A stretch of 64,000 nucleotides of DNA from a virus. Its lineage: Duplodnaviria; Caudoviricetes. The translations under genes were made by a program, and so were the position numbers. Every line of letters starts with the position of its first letter. The stretch's first letter is position 1. Of the stretch, positions 8,829-21,312 are shown piece after piece. The stretch covers positions 42,915 to 106,914 of IMG/VR virus record IMGVR_UViG_3300037454_000334. One strand, written 5' to 3'. Below the pieces are notes generated by a model. The model was not told where the DNA came from. It made no database searches and worked only from the letters and a program-made list of their open reading frames with translations.

Positions 8829-9266
8829 CTATGTCGTAGTGTATGTCTGGCAGAGTTGTCCATTGACTACCGATAAACCATAGGCATCTACATAATCCTT
8901 CACCTTGGTTGGCACGGCTGGTGTCTTGATGTCCGATGTGGAGACTGCGCCTTCCAGTGTTGCGTTGTAGGCATTGGCCTCGGCTGTGGAGAGCGTGTCG
9001 CCGGCCTCCTTCTCTGCGCCGGTGATGGCCTCGTTATAGGCCGCAGCCTGCTCGGCGGTCAGCGGGTCGGTCGAGTTGAGTGCGCCCGTCAGCAGTGCGT
9101 TGTAGGCGTCGGCCTCCGACTGCGTGTAGTAGACGGCCTCCGACGTGTTGGGGATGCCGATCATCTCACCGGTGTATCGCTGCATGACCTTCTCGACATG
9201 CTTCATCATGCCACCAAGGGTGACGGCATCTGTCTTCTGTTCTGGTGTAATCGAGTTCTGTGACAT
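8829..9266 (-). CDS. hypothetical structural protein with internal A-x-A-YNA repeats
   Basis: 145-aa ORF; three EAxAYN-like repeats. Confidence 0.7.
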   Translation of the reverse strand: MSQNSITPEQKTDAVTLGGMMKHVEKVMQRYTGEMIGIPNTSEAVYYTQSEADAYNALLTGALNSTDPLTAEQAAAYNEAITGAEKEAGDTLSTAEANAYNATLEGAVSTSDIKTPAVPTKVKDYVDAYGLSVVNGQLCQTYTTT

Positions 9267-9291
9267 AATCCTTCTGTTTTTGTTGATACTA

Positions 9292-9325
9292 CAAAATTAA
9301 ATTCGTGCCGGATTCAAAATGGGAC
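9292..9325 (-). promoter_or_regulatory. GTCCCA-N20-TAATTTTG promoter
   Basis: Motif copy upstream of 8829-9266 and the DGR target. Confidence 0.75.
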
Positions 9326-9329
9326 AACC

Positions 9330-9488
9330 CTACTGCGACGGGGCGACGGTGAAGACAATCTCCTCGGCAGCGGCCTCACATTCGGCATCGCTGGCAACAG
9401 TCGTCGACGGGAACTCGGCCCGCATCTTCTGCCTGAACCGTTCAAGGCGGCGGACCGTTACATACTTCGTTGGGTTTGTTAGTGCCAT
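9330..9488 (-). CDS. 52-aa mini-protein (N-terminus like 9564 protein, C-terminus like 12045 protein)
   Basis: MALTNPTKYV... and ...EAAAEEIVFTVAP shared with neighbours. Confidence 0.65.
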   Translation of the reverse strand: MALTNPTKYVTVRRLERFRQKMRAEFPSTTVASDAECEAAAEEIVFTVAPSQ

Positions 9489-9563
9489 ATCTCTTTCGTT
9501 TTTTATGTGAATACTTAGTAACTCCGTGTGGAGTCGAACCACACGGAGCCGATGGGAAAGAGA

Positions 9564-10523
9564 TTAAGCGAAGATCTCGTCGATGTCGTTGTCGGAGCAC
9601 TCCAACAGGTTGTCGAGCTTCTCCTTGTCGGTAGCCAACATCAGACCGTTGGTGCCGCCTGTGCCAGAGGTAGAGGCAGACACGTTGGGAACGGTCTTCT
9701 TGTGTACGGTGATCTCACCGTTGGTGTCCTGTGTCACGCTGTCGACGAAGGTCGTGTCGTTGCCGCTGGTGGTGGCGTCGCTGTCAGCAACAGCATCCTG
9801 CTTGATCTTGTAGTCGCTGTGCTTGTGACCAGAGTCAACGGGGTTGCCGTTGGCGTCGAAGGCGGCGAAGTTGCCCTCCACGGCGTCGGCGTCGATGGTA
9901 GCCAGGTCGGTGGCTGCGATGCCGGCGTCAACGAGGTTGCCGTTAGCGTCGAGCTTGGCGATGTTGCCAGCAGTAGCAGAAGCCACCTTGTCAGCCTTTC
10001 CAGAGATATCCTGGTGGGCAACGAGAACGTCCTGAGAAAGACCGCTCTTCAGCTGGATGTTCTTCTTGGTGGCGTCGCCAGATACGTCCGTGATGGACAT
10101 CTCGCTCTTCAAGGCATAACCGCTCAGGTCATACATACCGGCGAAGATGTCATACTTGTAGACGCCAGTCGAAGGATTGGCGATGTACACGTTGGCACCT
10201 GCGGGGATGCTGTGGCCAGCGCCCTCCACGAAGTCGGCTGTCGTGGTGAAGGCATCGGAGATGTTATACATGAAACCGACATTGGCGGCTACGAGGTCGG
10301 TCGTAGGATCAAGACCTGCGAAAGCCTTCGTTCCCTTGGGGACGATGCTTGAAGGCAGGGCCTGGATCTTGCCGAGCAACTCAGCGAGAGCAGCCTCTAC
10401 GGTTTCTGCGTTAAGACCTGTGATGGCGCTGATGGCCTGGGTCTGATACTTGGCAGCCAATTTTGTTTCAAAACGCTGCAATCTCTGTACGCTAACGTAC
10501 TTTGTTGGATTTGTTAGAGCCAT
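9564..10523 (-). CDS. fibre-like structural protein
   Basis: HQDISGKADKV, two GNxAxxDANGN repeats, NGLMLATDKEKLD fibre motif. Confidence 0.75.
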   Translation of the reverse strand: MALTNPTKYVSVQRLQRFETKLAAKYQTQAISAITGLNAETVEAALAELLGKIQALPSSIVPKGTKAFAGLDPTTDLVAANVGFMYNISDAFTTTADFVEGAGHSIPAGANVYIANPSTGVYKYDIFAGMYDLSGYALKSEMSITDVSGDATKKNIQLKSGLSQDVLVAHQDISGKADKVASATAGNIAKLDANGNLVDAGIAATDLATIDADAVEGNFAAFDANGNPVDSGHKHSDYKIKQDAVADSDATTSGNDTTFVDSVTQDTNGEITVHKKTVPNVSASTSGTGGTNGLMLATDKEKLDNLLECSDNDIDEIFA

Positions 10524-10608
10524 AATGCAAAACAAATTTTAGTTAATAAATCTAGTGAACTATGCTGAGATTTCGTCTCATTCAATTTTTGTGTCGGTGG
10601 TGCGCAGA

Positions 10609-10890
10609 TTATTTAGTCTTGCGCGGTTTTCTAGGTGGCTTCTTATTAGCGGCATTGGATGGCTTTGTCTCGACACGCATGGTGACGAAGAGCTGACCAT
10701 CACCGTCCTGCATCAGCAGCTTGGTCTGGCCCGACTCCTTGCAGTAGTCAACGAAGAACTCGGTATACATCGTCATAATCTCCTCGCCGCTGATCTTGTG
10801 CTTGTCTGCACTCAGCGAGCCATCTTTCCGCTCTCGGGCGGCATAGAAGCCGTCTTCAGTTCTGAACAATTCAATTTCCTTCTGTTTCAT
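10609..10890 (-). CDS. hypothetical protein
   Basis: 93-aa ORF in operon. Confidence 0.6.
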   Translation of the reverse strand: MKQKEIELFRTEDGFYAARERKDGSLSADKHKISGEEIMTMYTEFFVDYCKESGQTKLLMQDGDGQLFVTMRVETKPSNAANKKPPRKPRKTK

Positions 10891-10904
10891 AATATCGCCT
10901 TAAT

Positions 10905-11204
10905 TTATTGTTGGTTTTTGAAGATGCTGTCGATATCGTCATCGGCGGCCTCGATGTTCGGGTCGAGGTCTTCCTGATGCACGCCGCCGTCCTTGATCTG
11001 CTCGGTATCAACGCTGTCCTTGGGGAGGACGTCGATGGTCGAGCCTTCCGGGAAGCGGATGACGAGGTGGCGCTTACCGACGATCGAGCCTACGAGCATG
11101 TTCTGCCCGTCCACCTTTTTATAGTAATAGCGCTGGTTGCCCTCCTGGATGGACTCAAGTCCCTTGAAGTCCTCGGGCAAGTAACTTGGATATTCTTTTG
11201 CCAT
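10905..11204 (-). CDS. hypothetical structural protein
   Basis: 99 aa; DSVDTEQIKDGGV motif; ends DDDIDSIF. Confidence 0.65.
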   Translation of the reverse strand: MAKEYPSYLPEDFKGLESIQEGNQRYYYKKVDGQNMLVGSIVGKRHLVIRFPEGSTIDVLPKDSVDTEQIKDGGVHQEDLDPNIEAADDDIDSIFKNQQ

Positions 11205-11219
11205 ATTATTGATCTAAAA

Positions 11220-11975
11220 CTAATCTCCTTCTTCTTCCTGCATCTCGTCGGGGAAGCCGCCGGAGCCGCCTGTGGCGGGGTTGTCGAAGATCTCGTCGAT
11301 ATCCGAGTCGTCGGCCTCATTCTCGTCCTGGATGTCCTCTATCTCGTCGATCACGGTCGTATCGTCGCTGATGCCACGCATCACGTCCATCAGCTCGGGG
11401 ATGGTGTTCACCTGCTCGTTGGGTTCCTTGCCTTCCATCAGCTTGAGGAACTCATCCCCCTTCATCTTCATCTTTACCTTTCCCATATTCTCTACGATTT
11501 CTGAAATGTCATTGCTGAACTGGATGCGGTAGCCCTCGGCGGTCAGGACGTAGTTGCCGTCACAGTCTGCAAGGTAATCCTCACCGTCGACATATACCGA
11601 CCATACCTGCTCGTACTCGACAGGGCACTGCTCCGGATGGTGCTTCTGGCGACTGGTCTCCATGCAGCCCTCACGGCAGACGAACAGCTCCTGACGGTCT
11701 GTCCACACACGGCGCTGCTTGTCGTAGTCCTCGTCCTCGTAGGCCCCGATGAAGACGGCGTAGTGCGTGCCCTCCTTGACGTTCTCCATCGCGAAGTACC
11801 ACCGTGCCTCTGAGTCGTAGAAGCAGTCGTCCTTCTTGATGCGGGCCACGACGCGGCCATACTGGTTCTTCACCACTATCTCGAAGTAGTCGCGGGCGAG
11901 GTTGAAGTCGTCCTTTGTCGTTGTGACACGGAACTTCAGGTCGTTGCCGGGGTTGCAGGCGGGTATCGTTGTCAT
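11220..11975 (-). CDS. hypothetical structural protein
   Basis: 251 aa; acidic tail with DIDEIF. Confidence 0.7.
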   Translation of the reverse strand: MTTIPACNPGNDLKFRVTTTKDDFNLARDYFEIVVKNQYGRVVARIKKDDCFYDSEARWYFAMENVKEGTHYAVFIGAYEDEDYDKQRRVWTDRQELFVCREGCMETSRQKHHPEQCPVEYEQVWSVYVDGEDYLADCDGNYVLTAEGYRIQFSNDISEIVENMGKVKMKMKGDEFLKLMEGKEPNEQVNTIPELMDVMRGISDDTTVIDEIEDIQDENEADDSDIDEIFDNPATGGSGGFPDEMQEEEGD

Positions 11976-12006
11976 ATTTATGATTTTCGATTTTTGATTT
12001 CTACTC

Positions 12007-12040
12007 CAAAGTTATGATTAGGCCGATTTCAAAATGGGAC
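12007..12040 (-). promoter_or_regulatory. GTCCCA-N20-TAACTTTG promoter
   Basis: Motif copy upstream of 11220-11975. Confidence 0.75.
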
Positions 12041-12044
12041 AACC

Positions 12045-12944
12045 TTACGACAAGGGTGCGACGGTGAAGACAATCTCCTCGGCTGCCTGCTCACAAAGCT
12101 CGTAGGAGGCGAAGGTCAACTTATCCTGTTTTTCAGCAAAAGCGTTGTAAAGCCCTCCAGACTTCACAGCGTGATCTGAGTCCTCCGTCGGCTCATCATC
12201 GAAGGCGATATGCTCCAGCACCATCTGCGCCAGGGCTTCCTTCTCAGCCTCTGTCATGCTCTCCCAGTCGAGGTCGTCGCCCTTGGCATACGGCCCCTTA
12301 GTATATTGTTCGGTCGTGATGTCGTAGGTGTACCAGTAGTTCACGTCGCCGGGATGCGCTGCCGTGCCGTCGGCTACATAGGGTGGATGTCCGTTCCAGG
12401 CCTCGCAAAGTCCTGCGGCAGTGGTGGCACGAGATGTGGCGGCGGTAGCGTCGGCCTTCAGGTCAGCCCATTCCTTCTGAACACCACTTCCCTCGCTCTG
12501 CTCGGTAGGAGCCTCGCCGAACCAGTGGTTCCAGATGTAACGCACACCCGTCGGCAGGAGGTCGCTGAACCAGTGATCCCAAAGGTAGCGTACACCCGTC
12601 TGCAGAACATCGCTGAACCAGTCGCTGAAGGTCTTCTGCACACCGCTGTTCGCGTCTGTACCGAACCATGTGTCGAAGTCCGTGCGAACCTGCTGGCCGA
12701 CTGCGACAGCCGCACGGCCACCATCGGTCATCGCCTGCCAGTAGAGGGCGCCGTAGGTCACGTCATCCGGGGCGATGCCCGATATCTCGATGGCCCTACC
12801 CTGTGCGTCGAGAGCCTTACAAACCCATGAGTCATGGGCATAGAGTACAACATGGTTCAGCGTATAGGTCGCTGTCGGTGAATAAGGGCCGCGTGGCAGC
12901 ATACCGGCCGGGCCTACATCTGATACAAATACTTGAGTTGCCAT
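12045..12944 (-). CDS. fibre-associated structural protein
   Basis: PRGPYSPTATY..N-terminal motif, internal WF repeats, DDEPTEDSDHAVKSGG motif. Confidence 0.7.
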   Translation of the reverse strand: MATQVFVSDVGPAGMLPRGPYSPTATYTLNHVVLYAHDSWVCKALDAQGRAIEISGIAPDDVTYGALYWQAMTDGGRAAVAVGQQVRTDFDTWFGTDANSGVQKTFSDWFSDVLQTGVRYLWDHWFSDLLPTGVRYIWNHWFGEAPTEQSEGSGVQKEWADLKADATAATSRATTAAGLCEAWNGHPPYVADGTAAHPGDVNYWYTYDITTEQYTKGPYAKGDDLDWESMTEAEKEALAQMVLEHIAFDDEPTEDSDHAVKSGGLYNAFAEKQDKLTFASYELCEQAAEEIVFTVAPLS

Positions 12945-12993
12945 ATCTGTTTTTATTTACGATTTACGGATTTACGATTTACCATTTACGATT

Positions 12994-14907
<1,914 letters not shown>

Positions 14908-14932
14908 AGTCTGTTGTTTTTGTTTCTGAAAG

Positions 14933-14966
14933 CAAATTTATATAAGGTTTGAAATAAAAGTGGGAC
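14933..14966 (-). promoter_or_regulatory. GTCCCA-N20-TAAATTTG promoter
   Basis: Motif copy upstream of the collagen gene. Confidence 0.75.
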
Positions 14967-15000
14967 AACCCCCTGCCGAGGGCTGCCGCCACCAGTGTGA

Positions 15001-18000
15001 TTATGTACCCATGTAGCTCCAGTACCATTTGTAGTCGTAGTACACAAGTTCTGCGCGGTCGTAGTCATCGAGAGGCACCTGTGTCTCACTCTGGTAATCG
15101 CCGTCAACGACTATTCTGTCAGAACCCTGCACCTTGATGTAGATACCGTCGTCCAGGTTCTTGACGGTGATGACCTTCCCGTTGTGCGGATTATTGGGCA
15201 GGTAGATGTCACGTGTCCCCTTTCCAGCAATCACATAGTCATCATATTCATCCAGGGTGACATTGCCGGCACTGTCGGATATCTTCCTGATGGCACGACC
15301 CGCATAGAAGGGCGTCCATCCTTCACGCTTGTGCCACCGCTCCAGCTGCACGCCGGACGAGCCGTGGATGATGCGGAAGCCGTCCTGCGAGCCTCTTGAA
15401 TAGAGGCCCTTGGTGTCGAGGATGGTGACGTTGGTCTCGCTCGAGCTCTGCGATTCCGAGCCGGAGTTGATCTTCACAAAAGCTCCGCCAACGCCGTTCG
15501 TCTGGAAGTCGTTGGCATAAACCTTGCCTGTCTTTCCGTCGACGGCGAAATTCGGGATGAAGGCGGAGGCAGAGCTCATATCGTTCGGGTTGAACCTCTG
15601 ATAGCTGGAGGAGTCGTATCCGTTCACCTTGCCGTACTGCGATATCATCCAGTCACCATTAATGATGAACGAACCAAGATAGGCCGAGTCGGCAAACGTC
15701 ACCTTCGTCATGAAATACTCGAAGACGGAGGTCATCTGCTCCCAGCCTGCTGCCGTCTGTGTGTCAGGCTCTGTCGTGTTTGCGCCAGAGGACTTGACAT
15801 TCATCCAGAAGCTCGCTCCGTGCTTGACATAATAGCCGACAGTGGTGGTGTTCTCAATGGCTACGTAAGGATTTGACCCAGGCCCGCAGTCAACACCCCA
15901 CACGCCGAGGTAGCGGTACCAGAGGCCTGTCTTGCCTTGGGATCCGGTGTCGCCTGTCAGGCGGACATACGACCAATCTGTATAGATTCCGGTTGACGGG
16001 TTGTAAGTATGGGTACGCTGCCATACGAACGGCTTGTATACCGACGGCAACGGAGCTACAGATACCCAGTCGGACTCCCGGCAGTCTGCAGGCATTGCGC
16101 CGTCCTGTGCCGTCTTGTAGGCACTGAGGGCATACTGTTTCTCCTCGTATACCCCTTGTGGGCCCTGTGGTCCTGGCACGGTACTGGCATCGCCGGGGTC
16201 GCCCTTTGACCCGTCCCTGACGACCGGTATGGTCTCACGGTCGAGAATGGCGCCGTTTTTGAACAGCGCGAGGTACACGTTATCGTCGGAGACGAGGGCC
16301 TGAAGTTGGTTGGCGGGATTCAAGGCCGACCAGTCTTTCTCTGACGAATCCGACGCCGGCATCTTGCTCGTGCTGTACCGGACGGTCACGCCAAGCGACG
16401 ACAGGTTAGCGCTGGTGGCGTCCTTGCTGTCGCTGCTGGAGCCGTCGATCTTCACCACCTTCAGCGAGAGGACCGGCGGGTTGTTGAGCGTGTTGTCATC
16501 GTTCCTCTTACACGGCAGCGCCGAGTGCGACGGCGACAGCTGGTAGAGGGCGTCCATCTTCGCCGCCGTGACGGTGAACACGGCCTTGTAAACGACGTCG
16601 TTGTATGAATAGCTGATCTCGATCTCATAGGAGTCGTTCATCGTCCTGCCTGCGAAGAATCCCCACGACAGCTTCTTCCCTTTCCCGGAAGCGGAGGCCG
16701 TGAACGTTGCCACTGGAGTCTGGCCTGTTGTGACGGGGCCTCCGGTGACGCTGATGCCTTTCCCCGTGCTCGGGTTGACGGCAGCGGCGCTGATGTCCAC
16801 CTCCTTCGACCCGTCGTACAGGCTGACGACGGTCTCCACGGTGCGCGCCAGCGTCACCTTGCCGTCGCTGCTGGTCAGGACGGAGTCCATCTCGTTCGAG
16901 ATGTCGAGCTTGGAGACGTTCTTCCCGTTCTCACCGTCCTTGATGACAGGCACCGTCTCCCGGTCGAGCAGCACGCCGGAGGAGTTGAACATGGCGATGA
17001 AGACGCTTGGGACGGAGCTGATGGCCTGATAGCTGTTGTCGGCAGGCCATGGGGATCCGCCTGATGCCGATGTCGGCATGCCGGACGTGCTGTAGCGCAC
17101 GATGACGCCCAGGTCCGTCAGCTTGTCGGCTATGGCGTCCAGCTCCTCGGTGCTCGCACCGTCGACCTTCACCACCTTCAGCGAGAGTGCCGGCGGGTCG
17201 TTGAGCGTGTTGTCTGCCTTCCTGGTGCATGGCAGCGCCGAGAGGGAGGGCGACAGCTGGTAGATGGGCTGGCCCTTCGACGGGGCGATGGTTATCACGG
17301 AAGTGTAGACCGTCCCCGTGTCTGGGTCCGGGTACCTGTAGTTGACCTTGACCTCCAGTGCGTTTTTCATGGAGAAGTTCTTGGTGATCTTGAACGTCAG
17401 CTTCAAGCCCTTCCCTTCCTGCTCTTTTGGATATGGCGTCAGGCCGCCATCTGTCCACAGCTTGTTATCCTTGAGGGTTATCTCCGTCGTTCCATCAAAC
17501 AGGCGGGCTATGGTTGTTATTATGCGTTCCTCCGTCACCAGCCCATTGGCGTCCGTCTGTACCATGTCCATCTCGTTCGACAGGTCGAGGCGGATGTTGC
17601 TGTCGCCGTAGTGGCTCCAGAGAGCCATCTTGCCCGAGTACTTCTCCCACTGGCGCTGGCCCTGGGAGGCGCCGGTCGTTGCCGGGGCAGCCTTGGTGCG
17701 CTTGGAAACCCACTCGTAGGGGTATTCGCGGCTGACGCCTGCAGGGTCGTCGGTACACTCGACGTTGCCAGAGAGCGACCCTCCGCTGGCCAGCGGCAGG
17801 TATTCGTCGTCGAGGTAGGTGCGGCCCCTGGAGTCCGTGCGGCTGTCCGCGCTGGCGACGATGGCCGGGGCGACGCTGGTCTTGGTGCGGATGTAGACGT
17901 ACTCCATGCCGTCGCCGTCCTGCCCATTCTTCCCCCACTTGCTCCATATCCTCGGAGCGGAGAAGTCGCCCCAGGTGTGGCCGCCGGTGAAGCTGCCGGC

Positions 18001-21000
18001 ACCCGTCGTGGCGGAGCTCTTGCGCTCCGACACCCATTCGAACGGGTTGGCGAGGCTGACGCCGGAGGGGTTGTCGGTCCAGCCGCTCGGAACGTAGTCG
18101 TCCACCGTCCTGTCCTGCGGGTTGGCGGGCGAGCCAGGGTTGTCTTCGGTGCTCGTCAGCTTGTAGACGTACTCCACGCCAGCGCCGTCCTCGCCCTTCG
18201 TGCCGCGAACGGCGGAGACGTGGTAGTGGTCCTCATAGGGGTAGTCCTTGCCGTTGTACCTGTAGCGCTCCGTGTCGGCGTCGTCCTTCGGCGTGGAGTA
18301 GAGCGTTCTCGTCCAGTTCCACTGGTAGGGCAGTGCCTCGCTCGGGGCGCGCTCGTACTTCTCGTCACCCCAGACCTGGACGTCGTCGAAGCCACTGGTG
18401 GGGATGACGCCGTAGGTGTTCTTGTCGTTGATGTCGGATGGCACGAGGATGCTGCTGCTGACGGGCGTCTGGCTCGATGACAGGGCGTAGAGCTCTATCA
18501 CGCCGGCGATGCCGCGCGAGGCGTCGCCGATGCAGACGGGCTTGGTGGCGTACTCGGTGCCCATGCCGTCGACCCTCTGCTCAAAGTTCCACAGGTACCT
18601 GTCGGCGCTGCCCTCCTGGAAAGCGGGCCGCGAGGTCTTCCACAGCGTGGTGTTGATGTTCGGCTTCGACGCGGTGGCTGCCGCCAGCCTCCAGTTCTCG
18701 GCGGCCGGGTCGGAGGCGTTGTACCAGCGGATGCCGCACTGGTCGTAGGTCGTGCCGCCGAAGGCCGTGGCGAAGTCGGCGCTGCTGCGCAGGCAGTAGT
18801 ACTCCTCCTGTCCGATCTGGCCGTCCTGGCCGATGCGCGAGCAGCGGTAGTTCACCAGGTCCGGCACGATCTTCGGCGTGCCGTCGTCGTTCCAGGCCTC
18901 GTACTTGACGACGGTCTTCTCCCACACGTTCCATCCCTGCATCTGGCCGACGCCGCCGTTGGCGGTGGCCGCCTCGCCGAAGGTGTTGTACCACTTCGCC
19001 TGCGTGCCGGCACGGTCCCAGCCGGAGTCGCCGGGCTTGGGGTAGGTGTCCGTCGAGGCGTTGACGACCAGCTCGGTGTTGCTCGTGGCGAGGTAGTAGG
19101 AGTCGATCTCCTCGATGCCGTCGCCGTCGATGCCCCAGCGGCTGACGCTGTACTCTCGCGTCGGCTCGCGGTCGGGGTCGTTGGGGTCGTCGTAGTATAT
19201 CGTCGTGCGCGTCCACAGGTACTTGCCCATGCTCACGCCGGTGGCGGCGATGGTGGCCTTCCAGTCCGCAGAGTCGTCCGCCGGGTGGTTCAGGCCGTCC
19301 AGCGAGGCGGCGTAGTGGATCTTGCTGTCGACGATCTCCGTACCCTTGGAAACCTCCCTGAGCCACAGGTCGTTGTCCTTGGACGGCTCGCTGTAGGTAT
19401 AGAGCCTTATCTTATAGACCGTCTGCCCGCCGACCTTTCCCGTGGCGTAGTAGTGGTCGGTGCCCGTGACGACCTCGTCGTCGGCGGTGTGGACGGAGTA
19501 GGTGAAGTTGCCCTCTCCGTACTCTATGTCCTCGACCTGCCACTGCTGGTATTCCGTGCCGTTGGCCGTCTCCCAGATGTAGTTGTCGAGGACCTGGCAG
19601 AGCCAGATGGAGCCCTTCCACGACACGCGGTCGTACCAATGGTAGCGCGTGTTCGGCGTCCACTCGCTCCTCTCCAGGGGGACGGGGAACTCATAGCCGG
19701 AATCGTCGAGGAGCTTGAATGCCTTCGAGCGGACGAGGAACTGCTCGGGGGACATCTCCCAGACTAGGCAGTTCTCGAACGAGAAGGTGTGGATGCCACG
19801 GTAGCCCTTGATAGCGGGCGGGTGGTTATCTGAGCCGGAGGTATAGAGACTGACGACATTCATGCGCGACTCGTCCGTGCGGTTTCCGATACATACAATG
19901 GTGTCGCCGGCCACGGGGATGCCGCTGCCGCCGTCGCGGAACGAGCGCTTCTCGTTGTCGGTGTAGGCGTGCCGGCGTCCCTGCGAGTCGGTGTAGTTCC
20001 ATCCCTCGTAGGGCAGGTCGACAAAGTCGTATGCGTGCCCGTCCTCAAGCTTCTCCGAGCCAACATTAGTCACCAGTCTCCAGTAGTAGGCGGTCTCAAA
20101 CGGACCCTCGATTGTTGTGTAGTCCGGCATTGGGGTGGCTGGGTCATCATTAAAGTGGTCCTCTTTCCAGTTGTAAGTGTTCTTACGCTTGTTCTGCGAG
20201 GAAATAGCCTTGTTGAAGGTCTGGCACCTGGGCTGGTCGCCGACCTTCCACCAGTTGCGTGTGGCGGTGGTGCCGTTGTCGGCGAGAAGGTAACATCGGA
20301 AGTGGTGCACGCGGCTCCACTCGTCGTCGGACAGCTGTCGGCGGATGCGTTTGCGGGCAGCGTAGTTGAACACGCGCCCAAGGAAGGCGAAGCGCTTCAG
20401 CAGGAACGGCACCTTCATCACGGTGTAGCCAAGCGCCTCGTCGTTCTCGTCCATGTACTCCACGCGGTAGATGACGGAGCCTGCGGGCGAGTAGTGGTTG
20501 TTGCCGCCCACAAAGGTCTCCTCACGAATCTCCAGTTCCATGAAGGTGGCCTTCTTGCGCACCTTCAGGAAGTCGATTTCGAGCTCCGAGCCGCCCTCGC
20601 CGTTGTCGTTGGTCAGACGGAAGCCCGAGCCGTCGAGCAGACCGCTCTGGTAGTTATGCGAGCGCAGGTCGTCGATGTAGCCTTTGATGGCATCGAGCGT
20701 ACCCGTCACGTTCAGGTTGTGGATGGTCGCCTGTGCGGCCTCCAGGAAATTGAACACGGCATGGTTGATGGTCTTGATGAAGTCGACCGTCCCGTCGGCC
20801 AGCAGCTTCCACCACGTGCCGTCGCCACCGGCATCGTAGGCCTCGTCGGAGTTCAGGCGGCCCGTGTCGATAGGTTCCTCCCACTCACGGAAGGTATAGC
20901 CACTCTCGACGATATGGCCCGAGATGATGCCCTGCAGCCACACATAGTAATAATCCTCGTTGCCCACCTGCTCGCCGGCCTCGTTCATGCCGTAGATGTC

Positions 21001-21300
21001 GAGTTCCTCGTCAGGGAAGCTGACGATGGCCTCGGTGCCCACCTCCTCGCTGCGGGGGATGGCCACACAGACGTACTTGTGCGTCTCCGTCGGGAAATAG
21101 GTCGGCGAGATACGCAGCGGCCAGTGGCGGTAGTTGTGGCCCGCGTCGTACTCCAGCCCTTCGACACCCTTCACATAGCATAGTATCTGTGCGCCTGCGG
21201 CGACACTGGCCTGGATATGGTCTGCATCGCCCATCGCATTGAGCTGGATGCTCAGCGCCCGTGGCGAAATCCAATAGTTGTCGGTCGTTATCTTGGTCAT
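15001..21300 (-). CDS. large tail/host-specificity-like protein (2099 aa) with duplicated modules
   Basis: SELEIDFLKVRKKATFMELEI motif of Bacteroidales tail proteins; duplicated LDxSNEMD...YQLSPS and GxDGxGxEYVY...EWVS modules. Confidence 0.8.
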   Translation of the reverse strand: MTKITTDNYWISPRALSIQLNAMGDADHIQASVAAGAQILCYVKGVEGLEYDAGHNYRHWPLRISPTYFPTETHKYVCVAIPRSEEVGTEAIVSFPDEELDIYGMNEAGEQVGNEDYYYVWLQGIISGHIVESGYTFREWEEPIDTGRLNSDEAYDAGGDGTWWKLLADGTVDFIKTINHAVFNFLEAAQATIHNLNVTGTLDAIKGYIDDLRSHNYQSGLLDGSGFRLTNDNGEGGSELEIDFLKVRKKATFMELEIREETFVGGNNHYSPAGSVIYRVEYMDENDEALGYTVMKVPFLLKRFAFLGRVFNYAARKRIRRQLSDDEWSRVHHFRCYLLADNGTTATRNWWKVGDQPRCQTFNKAISSQNKRKNTYNWKEDHFNDDPATPMPDYTTIEGPFETAYYWRLVTNVGSEKLEDGHAYDFVDLPYEGWNYTDSQGRRHAYTDNEKRSFRDGGSGIPVAGDTIVCIGNRTDESRMNVVSLYTSGSDNHPPAIKGYRGIHTFSFENCLVWEMSPEQFLVRSKAFKLLDDSGYEFPVPLERSEWTPNTRYHWYDRVSWKGSIWLCQVLDNYIWETANGTEYQQWQVEDIEYGEGNFTYSVHTADDEVVTGTDHYYATGKVGGQTVYKIRLYTYSEPSKDNDLWLREVSKGTEIVDSKIHYAASLDGLNHPADDSADWKATIAATGVSMGKYLWTRTTIYYDDPNDPDREPTREYSVSRWGIDGDGIEEIDSYYLATSNTELVVNASTDTYPKPGDSGWDRAGTQAKWYNTFGEAATANGGVGQMQGWNVWEKTVVKYEAWNDDGTPKIVPDLVNYRCSRIGQDGQIGQEEYYCLRSSADFATAFGGTTYDQCGIRWYNASDPAAENWRLAAATASKPNINTTLWKTSRPAFQEGSADRYLWNFEQRVDGMGTEYATKPVCIGDASRGIAGVIELYALSSSQTPVSSSILVPSDINDKNTYGVIPTSGFDDVQVWGDEKYERAPSEALPYQWNWTRTLYSTPKDDADTERYRYNGKDYPYEDHYHVSAVRGTKGEDGAGVEYVYKLTSTEDNPGSPANPQDRTVDDYVPSGWTDNPSGVSLANPFEWVSERKSSATTGAGSFTGGHTWGDFSAPRIWSKWGKNGQDGDGMEYVYIRTKTSVAPAIVASADSRTDSRGRTYLDDEYLPLASGGSLSGNVECTDDPAGVSREYPYEWVSKRTKAAPATTGASQGQRQWEKYSGKMALWSHYGDSNIRLDLSNEMDMVQTDANGLVTEERIITTIARLFDGTTEITLKDNKLWTDGGLTPYPKEQEGKGLKLTFKITKNFSMKNALEVKVNYRYPDPDTGTVYTSVITIAPSKGQPIYQLSPSLSALPCTRKADNTLNDPPALSLKVVKVDGASTEELDAIADKLTDLGVIVRYSTSGMPTSASGGSPWPADNSYQAISSVPSVFIAMFNSSGVLLDRETVPVIKDGENGKNVSKLDISNEMDSVLTSSDGKVTLARTVETVVSLYDGSKEVDISAAAVNPSTGKGISVTGGPVTTGQTPVATFTASASGKGKKLSWGFFAGRTMNDSYEIEISYSYNDVVYKAVFTVTAAKMDALYQLSPSHSALPCKRNDDNTLNNPPVLSLKVVKIDGSSSDSKDATSANLSSLGVTVRYSTSKMPASDSSEKDWSALNPANQLQALVSDDNVYLALFKNGAILDRETIPVVRDGSKGDPGDASTVPGPQGPQGVYEEKQYALSAYKTAQDGAMPADCRESDWVSVAPLPSVYKPFVWQRTHTYNPSTGIYTDWSYVRLTGDTGSQGKTGLWYRYLGVWGVDCGPGSNPYVAIENTTTVGYYVKHGASFWMNVKSSGANTTEPDTQTAAGWEQMTSVFEYFMTKVTFADSAYLGSFIINGDWMISQYGKVNGYDSSSYQRFNPNDMSSASAFIPNFAVDGKTGKVYANDFQTNGVGGAFVKINSGSESQSSSETNVTILDTKGLYSRGSQDGFRIIHGSSGVQLERWHKREGWTPFYAGRAIRKISDSAGNVTLDEYDDYVIAGKGTRDIYLPNNPHNGKVITVKNLDDGIYIKVQGSDRIVVDGDYQSETQVPLDDYDRAELVYYDYKWYWSYMGT

Positions 21301-21312
21301 CGGAATTGTGTT

